NCBI GenBank assembly: GCA_963801355.1
Contig: CAWDEM010000008.1
Location: 2,720,001 to 2,784,000 of the forward strand
Reading direction: 5' to 3'
DNA from: Ignavibacteriota bacterium
GTDB taxonomy: Bacteria > Bacteroidota > Ignavibacteria > UBA10030 > UBA6906
DNA: 64,000 nt
Part shown: in pieces, positions 9,269 through 16,966 of the stretch
Position numbering within the stretch: the stretch's first letter is position 1
How the letters are laid out: each line of letters begins with the position of its first letter
Notes under the pieces: model-generated
Database searches by the model: none
What the model saw: the letters and a program-made list of their open reading frames with translations, nothing else
What the model was told of the DNA's origin: nothing
Translations under genes and position numbers: made by a program

Positions 9269-9309
9269 GGGTTGTGTCAGAGAGCGAGAGTGACAACTTG
9301 TGGAATGGT

Positions 9310-11184
9310 TCACCGCACCAGAATCATCTTCTGTGACTTTTGAAAGTTGCCGTAGTGTAGCGTACAGAAATATGTTCCGCTCACCACAGGCATGTTGGCG
9401 TTGTTGGTACCATCCCACATCACACTGTGTGATCCGTTTTCAATTTCCCCGTTGATGAGCGTCTTCACCTCCTTGCCAAGAAGATCGTAGACAACGAGGG
9501 AAATCCGCTTGGTCACGGGAAGATTGAACCTGATAGTGGTGCTCGGGTTGAAGGGATTGGGATAGTTTTGTTCGAGGACGTAATCATCGGGGATGATAAC
9601 CGTGAGATCCTTGAGTTCGACGCCCGAGGCTCCGGTTCCTTCCAGCACACGGAACACCCACCGAAGGGGATTTGCCACGGCAGTTTTTGCCGTATCGTAT
9701 CCGCTCTTGCTCTGGTTCCAGGTCAGTTTGGTGATTGTTGTGCTGTCCATGTAGGTGTTGAACCAGCCCTGCATGGGCATAAGGAGATCCTGCTTCCCAT
9801 CCTTGTCAAAATCCGTATTCCTGCCCCACAAATGAGCAACTTGAGCCGCCCAGGGTACTTTGGTGGTGTCCTTTGTGCCCAACGAATCTTTGATCGTCAT
9901 GGATTCGATGACGCGCGATTCTCCGCGATACACGAGACTGAGATTCCAGTTTGCCTGGTCACGCTTGTCGCCACCCTGGTATTCCATCGACACGATGTTG
10001 AATCCAAGCGTATTGCTGAAGTTGATGCCGCTGAAGTAAATATTTTTCTTCCCATTCCCGTCAAGATCGCCATATGCCGCACCCAGTGTATTTGCGCTGT
10101 ATGTCTGATTCAGATCTGGATCACCTATGACGCTCCGGAGGTCGAATGCCCGTGCATTGGAGGTGTCAATCTGCGATGTGCTGGATCCTGGATTGTAGAA
10201 CACCATGTGGACTTTTGTTGCGTTCTCACTTGGAGCGGCTCCGTACCACGTCGGGAGGTAAACCTCATCCCTGCCATCACCGTCGATATCACACACAATG
10301 GCGCCCATGAGCGACACAAAGTCATCCGGATCTGTCAGCATGAGGAACTGCTTCCCACCGGTCGTGTCGGGCATAACATAGGTGTTGGTTCCCGTTACTC
10401 TCACGGGAACCACGTTCTTATGGTACCAGCCGTGCAGAAGCAGCTCCTTGTTCCCGACACCATCGAAGTTTGCGGGGATCACGGCGTAGGGCGACCCTTG
10501 ATTGAGATAGTATGTAGCAAGATCGGTCCTGATCAGCTCGCATTCGTTCTGAAAACTTGAAAAACCGGGATTGTCAGTATCCCATGAACCATAAGCGCTT
10601 ATGACATAGTATCTGTCATTGGCGTTGGGCGTAGAGTTATACGCCACGAGAAGTTCATTCTCTCCGTCGCCGTCAACATCAGCGACTTCCATATACTCAA
10701 CGCTCCCGGCCAACCCCGCGATGGGCGGTGAAGAGATGACTTGCGACGGAATCGTACCAAAGTTGTGGCTGCCAACCACGCCGTCCCATTCGAAGACATA
10801 GATCCCGTCGCCACTCACCTGGTAGATGACCTCCTGCCTTCCATCATTGTCGAGATCACCAAAAATGACGGCACGGGGAGTCGATCCGCCTCCGACGATG
10901 GGCTTGGGGGAGGTCCAGACGAGTTCTATGGAGTCGTTTCCCACAACGGAGAAGACGTGCACTCGGCCAGCATAATTGGTGATGGCAATTTCGGCCTTTC
11001 CATCACTGTCTGCGTCATTGCTGAAGCCGCAGGCCCGGCAGGATGCAGCGTTGTGGAGGACGGTATCGAGCGGAGAACCCGGCAGGAGAGGGTAGCTATA
11101 CGCTGTCGCAATCCGGGCAGATTGGCCATATGCATATGCAGAAACCATGGCCGCTAGGAATATCAATGTGGTAATTTTTCGCAT
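9310..11184 (-). CDS. FG-GAP/VCBS-repeat protein with T9SS type A C-terminal sorting domain
   Basis: Signal peptide MRKITTLIFLAAMVSAYAYG; repeats DADSDGKAEI, GDLDNDGRQEV, ADVDGDGENEL, CDIDGDGRDEV, GDLDGNGKKNI, DFDKDGKQDL; CTD LEQNYPNPFNPSTTIRF..SGTYF..KMILVR. Confidence 0.9.
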   Translation of the reverse strand: MRKITTLIFLAAMVSAYAYGQSARIATAYSYPLLPGSPLDTVLHNAASCRACGFSNDADSDGKAEIAITNYAGRVHVFSVVGNDSIELVWTSPKPIVGGGSTPRAVIFGDLDNDGRQEVIYQVSGDGIYVFEWDGVVGSHNFGTIPSQVISSPPIAGLAGSVEYMEVADVDGDGENELLVAYNSTPNANDRYYVISAYGSWDTDNPGFSSFQNECELIRTDLATYYLNQGSPYAVIPANFDGVGNKELLLHGWYHKNVVPVRVTGTNTYVMPDTTGGKQFLMLTDPDDFVSLMGAIVCDIDGDGRDEVYLPTWYGAAPSENATKVHMVFYNPGSSTSQIDTSNARAFDLRSVIGDPDLNQTYSANTLGAAYGDLDGNGKKNIYFSGINFSNTLGFNIVSMEYQGGDKRDQANWNLSLVYRGESRVIESMTIKDSLGTKDTTKVPWAAQVAHLWGRNTDFDKDGKQDLLMPMQGWFNTYMDSTTITKLTWNQSKSGYDTAKTAVANPLRWVFRVLEGTGASGVELKDLTVIIPDDYVLEQNYPNPFNPSTTIRFNLPVTKRISLVVYDLLGKEVKTLINGEIENGSHSVMWDGTNNANMPVVSGTYFCTLHYGNFQKSQKMILVR

Positions 11185-11357
11185 GGGCGCTCCTCGCAAG
11201 TGCGTCTTGGACATCGATGATTTGTTGTACCCATCGTGGAATTCCCCACGACTAGACCCCATCCTGTATCAAGGAGAGATGAATCGTTAGGTTTACAGGG
11301 AAAGGCGATGCGAGACCAGCAAGCACAACAAAAAAGTACTGCTTCGCCCAACGAATG

Positions 11358-12812
11358 TCAAGGGGGGGGCCGCCTCCCCAGCATCGCCAACCCCCCGCCA
11401 ATGGTCACCGTAGCAATCACCCCGATAAGCGTAAACCAGGTCCACGCAACTACGTTCAGCGATATCACCGTGACCATCACGAGAATGCCGCCGATGAACC
11501 CTGCAAGGGCGTCTTCCTGCTTCGGCTTTTTGAAGAGGAGGCCCAGCAGGAAAGTCCCGAGCAATCCACCATAGGTGAATGACGCGATGCTGAGCGCAAG
11601 TTCCACGACGGCCCGGGGTGTATTCATGAAGAAGATCGCGGAGAGCACAAGCATTCCGGCCCAGAGCACGGTAACAATGCGGGAAGCCCGCAATTCCTTC
11701 GCCGGCGTCAGGTCCGCCGCAGCACGCGGTTTGTAGAGGTCAAGCACGGTGGAAGATGCCATCGAACTTATTGACCCGGCAAGCGTTGACAGCGCCGCAG
11801 CAAGCAATCCCGCAATGATGAAGCCGGAAACTCCCGGCGGCAGATCCTCAACAATGAAACGCGGGAAGACTTCATCTGCACGTGCCAGACCGAGCGCTGA
11901 GACCGATGCACCATTGTAGTGGCCGTAGAGGAGCAGACCCACAACCATGAAGAGTGCCATCTGCACAATCACAATGACCCCGCTCCCGATCAACGCCTTC
12001 TGCCCGCCGGCGAGCGATTTCGTGGCAAGGACCCGTTGCACCACAAGCTGATCGGTGCCGTGCGATGCCATAGAGAGAAACCCTCCCCCCAACAGTCCCG
12101 CAAATAACGTGTACGGTGTCGTCCAGAATCCCTCTCCAAACCCCAGGTTGAAAATCTGGAACTTGCCTGCTTCGCTTGCCAGGCGGGTCGCGCCTGCCAG
12201 ACCGCCGGGATCCATGCCTATGAGCACCAGGGCAGCCACGATCGCACCGCCGAAATAGACTACCATCTGCACTGCATCAACCCAGATCACGCCACGCACG
12301 CCGCCGGCATAGGTGTAAATCACTGCCACCAGCGCAAGCACGGCGATCGCGGTCGGATAATCCACACCCATCACGAACTTGAGCGGGATTGCCGTGGCGA
12401 ACAGACGCACACCGTCAGCGGCGATCCGCGTAAACAGAAACACGACGGAGGCCAGGCTCCTGGTCTTGGCACCAAAACGTCTCTCCAAAAATGCATATGC
12501 CGTGGAAAGCTCCCCTTTGTAGTACGAGGGAAGAAACACAAAACTGACAACGATGCGACCGAGCAGATAGCCCATCGTCACCTGCAAGAAATTCAGATTC
12601 GCAATGTACGCAAGTCCGGGAATGCTGATGAACGTGAGCGTACTGGTTTCCGCCGCGACGATTGACAAACAGACCACCCACCAGGGAATCACATCCCGGC
12701 CGAGGAAATAGTCTTTCGCTGATTGTTGCTTCCCTCCCCGCAGCATACCGAACAGGGCAATCGCGATGAGGTAGACGATGAGGATGATGTAATCGAGTGT
12801 GGAGAAGCCCAT
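11358..12812 (-). CDS. Sodium:solute symporter (SSS/SLC5 family)
   Basis: About 13 hydrophobic segments; DYFLGR..PWWVVCLSIVAAETSTLTFISIPG, GGVRGVIWVD, HGTDQLVVQR motifs. Confidence 0.93.
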   Translation of the reverse strand: MGFSTLDYIILIVYLIAIALFGMLRGGKQQSAKDYFLGRDVIPWWVVCLSIVAAETSTLTFISIPGLAYIANLNFLQVTMGYLLGRIVVSFVFLPSYYKGELSTAYAFLERRFGAKTRSLASVVFLFTRIAADGVRLFATAIPLKFVMGVDYPTAIAVLALVAVIYTYAGGVRGVIWVDAVQMVVYFGGAIVAALVLIGMDPGGLAGATRLASEAGKFQIFNLGFGEGFWTTPYTLFAGLLGGGFLSMASHGTDQLVVQRVLATKSLAGGQKALIGSGVIVIVQMALFMVVGLLLYGHYNGASVSALGLARADEVFPRFIVEDLPPGVSGFIIAGLLAAALSTLAGSISSMASSTVLDLYKPRAAADLTPAKELRASRIVTVLWAGMLVLSAIFFMNTPRAVVELALSIASFTYGGLLGTFLLGLLFKKPKQEDALAGFIGGILVMVTVISLNVVAWTWFTLIGVIATVTIGGGLAMLGRRPPP

Positions 12813-12895
12813 AGGTCAGGTCGGGGTTATGTTGAGGTAAACAATCCTGGTCGATGTGAGTTTAAAAAACGGCCGGATCGAGACTGCGACCGGGA

Positions 12896-13249
12896 TCAAT
12901 TCCCCGGGGGTTCGAGCGGGACGCGCGCAGTAACGGGGTGCCACTCCATCAACGTTTTGTAGAACAACAAATTCGTTGCCTTTGCAGGTTGCTCCGCAAG
13001 GTACAGTTCTCCCATCGCCTCACGAAATCGTAGCAGCTCGCGCCGGCGGCTGGTCCACTTGGCATCATAGGTACACAGGTCCAGCAGCTCCATTGCGCGT
13101 TCGTAGCACTCACGGATAGCCCCGGTGGACGCCAACCCGATGAGATTGTGCACGCGGCTGAACTCGCTCGCAATCATTAGTATCTGACGATCCATCGGGT
13201 AAGCCGCCCAGCGTGCGGGAGTCATGCTTTTGTGCCAGAGGGTCACCAT
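12896..13249 (-). CDS. Small all-helical hypothetical protein, translationally coupled to the DUF5674 gene
   Basis: ATG 13249 overlaps the upstream stop (ATGGTGA). HKSMTPARW..QILMIASEFSR..YERAMELLDL..RELLRFRE pattern recalled from DUF5674 neighbours. Confidence 0.75.
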   Translation of the reverse strand: MVTLWHKSMTPARWAAYPMDRQILMIASEFSRVHNLIGLASTGAIRECYERAMELLDLCTYDAKWTSRRRELLRFREAMGELYLAEQPAKATNLLFYKTLMEWHPVTARVPLEPPGN

Positions 13250-13599
13250 GGCAGCTGAATCCAACGCTGGAGGATAGCGCGTAACCGTTCCCGCAGCTCT
13301 TGATTTTCCACCATCAGGCTTCTGTTACCGCTTGCGGGGCGAATATTTATGAGCGAAGTGTATTCAATGAACGGAGGGTGAGCCCATGGATAGAGATTGC
13401 CGCCCCACAGAAATTCCTGCTTCGAACCGTTTTCCAGGAGACGTAACTCATCGTCTGCATGCATTTCCCCACCGAGCGCAACTGTTTCGCGTTCGACATC
13501 GACAACAAACTTGATCATCGAGTCAAACGGATTTCCCCGAAAGCGCTCAAGATCAGGCAGACTCAAGGTGGTGTCTGGTATAACGATAGGGGCATCCAT
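13243..13599 (-). CDS. DUF5674 family protein
   Basis: MIKFVVDVERE.VALGGEMHADDE..LLENGSKQEFLWGGNLYP..IEYTSLINIRP..GNRS matches the DUF5674 pattern as I recall it. Confidence 0.8.
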   Translation of the reverse strand: MDAPIVIPDTTLSLPDLERFRGNPFDSMIKFVVDVERETVALGGEMHADDELRLLENGSKQEFLWGGNLYPWAHPPFIEYTSLINIRPASGNRSLMVENQELRERLRAILQRWIQLPW

Positions 13600-13606
13600 G
13601 TTGAAC

Positions 13607-13635
13607 AAGATACGCCGTTCAGATCGCTGATGCAA
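13607..13635 (-). promoter_or_regulatory. sigma70-type promoter for the DUF5674 pair (probably leaderless)
   Basis: TTGCAT-17 bp-TATCTT, ending 7 nt before ATG 13599; no SD sequence. Confidence 0.55.
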
Positions 13636-13716
13636 CCAGCCGAATCGCCGTTCGACTCGATTCCCTGGTGAGGCAACAGACCAGCCGACGCACAGAAAAA
13701 AAGCTCCCATACACAG

Positions 13717-13748
13717 AAAAACAGCGTGGCCCCCCCAGAGCCACGCTG
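13717..13748 (-). terminator. Intrinsic terminator after the T9SS cargo gene
   Basis: CAGCGTGGC/GCCACGCTG 9-bp stem, followed by TTTTT on the minus strand. Confidence 0.7.
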
Positions 13749-13797
13749 CCGGTGTGATGTGCTATGCGAATGCAGCAGGCGTGCTGCGTGACTGATG

Positions 13798-15022
13798 CTA
13801 CCGGAGCAGTACCATCCGCTTCATCTCAACCTTCGAGCCGGTTTCCAACCGGTAGAAATACGTGCCGCTGGCCAACCTCGCCCCGTTGAACGACACTGTG
13901 TAGTACCGGCCGGATTCTACGGCACCACTAAACAGCGGTGGCAACTTCCCGTCCGACTGCATCATACACCTTGATACGGGCAGTCCCTGCGGCGTCGACG
14001 GAGAATCGGATCAGTGTCTCAGGATTGAAGGGATTCGGGTAGTTCTGACAAAGTGCAAATGCAGCGGGCGCTGTCTGGTCCGCGACAGAGGTCACGCCCG
14101 AAATCTCCACCGCTACACCTTCGGTTGACGTCTCGGTTCCATCCAGATCAACCTGCCGCAGCCTGTAGAACCATGAACCGGCGGGAACCGAGGCATCACG
14201 CACGGAATACTCATGTGCGACAATTCCGTTCCCCTGTGTCGGGACAAACGCGACCGTCTCGTACGATGCGCTCTCCTTCGGTCTGCGTTCCACGTAGAAG
14301 CCGTAGTTGTTGATTTCACTCGCGGTCCGCCATGTCACGTTGACGCCGTTCGCATACGTATCAGGTGCGGCATGGAAATAGGCCAGCGTAATGGGCAGGG
14401 GGTGTTCCCCCACAATGAAGCGACCGCCATTGATCTCCTGCGGCCACGGGCCGGTGTAGTTCCCGACAACGTACACATCGACCCCGTCGACGACGAATTC
14501 ATGCGTCCCGCAGAGATTTTGGAACACCAGCGCACGCGAACCGGTGATGCGCTGCGTGCCGCAGCCGAGCAGGACCACCGCGGGATGCCCGGTGGCAATC
14601 CCCGTAAGATCCCACGTACCGTTATTGATAATATTCCCTCCGATGACCACAATGGGGCCGCCGGTGCCGCCGCCCTCTTCTCCCACAAACGAACCTCCTG
14701 CCTCTACTGTGACGTCCGTCACAACCGCGAGCACTTTCAGGTGGTCGGCCACCCGCAGGGCGAGTTTGCCACCTGCACGGACCGTCACATCCAGGGCCGC
14801 GCACGCCGCACCGGTCACCGCTACATACGGGCTGGCGTACGCGATGGAGACCGACGAAAGAATGCCGGGAAGAGCTGATGGACTCCAGTTCGCCTCGTTC
14901 TCCCATTTGATATTGGCGGGAGGGACGCACCCGCCGACAAATGAGCGGGGATCCGGTTCGGCGGCAATGCCGAGAACCGGCAGGATTGAAAGCGCAAGAA
15001 TTACAGTGGTCAGCTTACGCAT
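13798..15022 (-). pseudogene. T9SS type A CTD cargo protein with a +1 frameshift inside the CTD near 13937 (pseudogene or sequencing error)
   Basis: Signal peptide; PLPITLAYFHA..W.TASEINNYGFYVER..YRLRQVDLDG; LCQNYPNPFNPET. The ORF stops at 13928, but removing one base gives [47 protein letters not shown] ending at TAG 13798. Confidence 0.85.
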
Positions 15023-15192
15023 ATCGTTACCTCCTCATACCTTAGTGGTGTTAAAAAGCCTGTTGCCGGACATTTCGTGCCGCATAATTGCTGGAGCGGT
15101 CACCGGGAGTAGAATGTGTGGAGACAAGTTACTCAGGATAGGCGCCGGTTGCTGTTACGGCTGTCACATCCGGACATGGGTGCCGGGGCAGG

Positions 15193-15221
15193 TTGCATTT
15201 TTCGCGGGAATCGCATAGGAT
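15193..15221 (+). promoter_or_regulatory. Possible sigma70-type promoter for the asparaginase gene
   Basis: TTGCAT-17 bp-TAGGAT about 40 nt upstream of ATG 15262. Confidence 0.4.
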
Positions 15222-15261
15222 GATGGTGATCGCCGTCACCATCGCACACAACGAGGGTTAC

Positions 15262-15756
15262 ATGCCAATACGAATCTTCATTACCGGCGGCACATTTGAC
15301 AAGGAATACCATGAACTGGACGGCCGCCTCTATTTCAAGGACTCACACCTCCCCGAAATGCTGGCGCTCGGCCGGTGCAAGGTGGATGTCGCTCCCCGCA
15401 CTCTGATGATGGTCGACAGTCTCGAGATGAGTGAAGCGGATAGGCATTTGATCATCGATCAGTGCCAGCGCTCGCGTGAGCAGCGCATCATCATTACACA
15501 CGGCACCGACACGATGGAAGTGACGGCGCAGGCGCTGGGCAGAGCGGTCACCGGCAAGACCGTCGTCCTGACGGGTGCAATGATCCCCTACAAGTTCGGC
15601 AGCTCCGATGGACTCTTCAACCTGGGGAGTGCGATGGCCTTCGTGCAAGTCCTCCCCCCGGGAGTCTACATCGCGATGAATGGCCGCTATTTCACATGGG
15701 ACAATGTGCGTAAGAACAGAAAAACCGGGGAATTCGAAGAGATCAGGAATCAGTAA
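15262..15756 (+). CDS. Short (N-terminal-domain-only) L-asparaginase family protein
   Basis: ITGGTFDK, THGTDTM and VVLTGAMIP catalytic motifs; SDGLFNLG; no C-terminal domain. Confidence 0.9.
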   Translation: MPIRIFITGGTFDKEYHELDGRLYFKDSHLPEMLALGRCKVDVAPRTLMMVDSLEMSEADRHLIIDQCQRSREQRIIITHGTDTMEVTAQALGRAVTGKTVVLTGAMIPYKFGSSDGLFNLGSAMAFVQVLPPGVYIAMNGRYFTWDNVRKNRKTGEFEEIRNQ

Positions 15757-16646
15757 CGTTCAACGGTAATGCTGGACACGCCCGCATCCACCTCGATGGA
15801 CACGTGCTCCGCCGCGCTGGAGTAGTTCTCGCTCTGGAAATGACCTTTCGCAATGCGATTGAATCCCGGAAAGCTCTTGCTTGAGAGGGGTGCATCCACG
15901 CGCACATCGCACCCTGCTTCGGACGGTACGGCGATTCTCAACGACGAAGCGCCGGCGTCGATCTTGACGCTGCTTTCCGGCACCCCCCGTCCCAGCGTGA
16001 GGACGGCATCGGTAGCGCCGCAATCCATGTTCAGGCTGCGCACTTTGAACGGACTCAGATCACAGCGCACCTTCGCAGCACCGACATCCAGAACGAGGTC
16101 CCATACGGGTTCCTTGTTCAAATGCACTTCCACATGATTGCGCATCCGGCCCGGAGGCCATCCCTTGCGCACGCCGTCAAGACTCAATGTGAAATCCGTT
16201 CCCGCGGAGTCCCCATCCCGTCTAAGCGAGTACTTGCCGAAACTCGTGACCGAATGCACTTCCACGAAATCCGCAGTCGTGTCCATGAGCCTGAACTCCC
16301 CTGCCCCGGACTCCAGCGCAAAACTGGCATTGCCGCTGCCGGGAACATACTTTTCGTGAAAGACCTGTTCCTGCGTGATCGCTCCCCCTTCCCAAGGGCC
16401 ATCCTCCCACGAAAAACTGAGCAGGGCGACAAGCACGAGCGCCAGCACGGCTGCGGCGACGATGACCGCAATGAGTCTTATGACTTTGCCTCCGAACAGG
16501 ATCGCAGCACCCCAGGCAATCAACACCACCGGCCAGTACTGCCAGGCATGATGCCACTGAAGGTTCAGGACGCCGAACCGCTCCAGAAGGAACGCGGTAC
16601 CCAGCGTCAGAAAGAACACGCCCCAGAAGACGCGGCCTGTTTTCAT
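15750..16646 (-). CDS. LiaF/DUF5668-like membrane protein with C-terminal toast-rack-like beta domain
   Basis: N-terminal TM hairpins (FWGVFFLTLG..YWPVVLIAWG), then repeating beta motifs (DVGAAKV, DCGATDA, DAGASSL, DAGVSSITV). Confidence 0.75.
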   Translation of the reverse strand: MKTGRVFWGVFFLTLGTAFLLERFGVLNLQWHHAWQYWPVVLIAWGAAILFGGKVIRLIAVIVAAAVLALVLVALLSFSWEDGPWEGGAITQEQVFHEKYVPGSGNASFALESGAGEFRLMDTTADFVEVHSVTSFGKYSLRRDGDSAGTDFTLSLDGVRKGWPPGRMRNHVEVHLNKEPVWDLVLDVGAAKVRCDLSPFKVRSLNMDCGATDAVLTLGRGVPESSVKIDAGASSLRIAVPSEAGCDVRVDAPLSSKSFPGFNRIAKGHFQSENYSSAAEHVSIEVDAGVSSITVERY

Positions 16647-16655
16647 GGCATCCTC

Positions 16656-16865
16656 CTACAGTTTCACGTCATTCTTTGACTTCCAGAGCAAAGCCCCGCC
16701 GATGACGATCAAGATCACCGGCCAATAGTCGCCAAAGCGAAAATCGGGAAGGAGGTTGTTCCCCAGGAAGAGGAGACCCAGGACGACAAGCACCAATCCT
16801 CCAATCAAGGAGCCATGGTCGCGTTTTTCCGTGGGCGGATTCGGTGTGGGAGTGGAGGGATCCAT
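16656..16865 (-). CDS. Small LiaI/LiaF-like (DUF5668) two-TM protein
   Basis: GGLVLVVLGLLFLGNN..DYWPVILIVIGGALL; AAAGGA RBS upstream. Confidence 0.8.
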   Translation of the reverse strand: MDPSTPTPNPPTEKRDHGSLIGGLVLVVLGLLFLGNNLLPDFRFGDYWPVILIVIGGALLWKSKNDVKL

Positions 16866-16940
16866 ATGTGTCCTTTCGAATTGAGAAGTATTAGACAGAA
16901 TTGGCCGGTGGCGTGAGGTAGACGATGCACTACACCTGTG

Positions 16941-16966
16941 TACGCAGTCGACCAGTAATTGTTACC
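16941..16966 (-). promoter_or_regulatory. ECF sigma (SigW-like) promoter upstream of the Lia-like genes
   Basis: Minus strand GGTAAC-16 bp-CGTA, compared with the SigW consensus TGAAAC-N16-CGTA. Confidence 0.5.

Noticed and set aside
11185-11357. Possible riboswitch or sRNA upstream of the FG-GAP gene
   Set aside because: Only a short hairpin (TCGTGG/CCACGA); no recognisable aptamer consensus. An Rfam scan would be needed.
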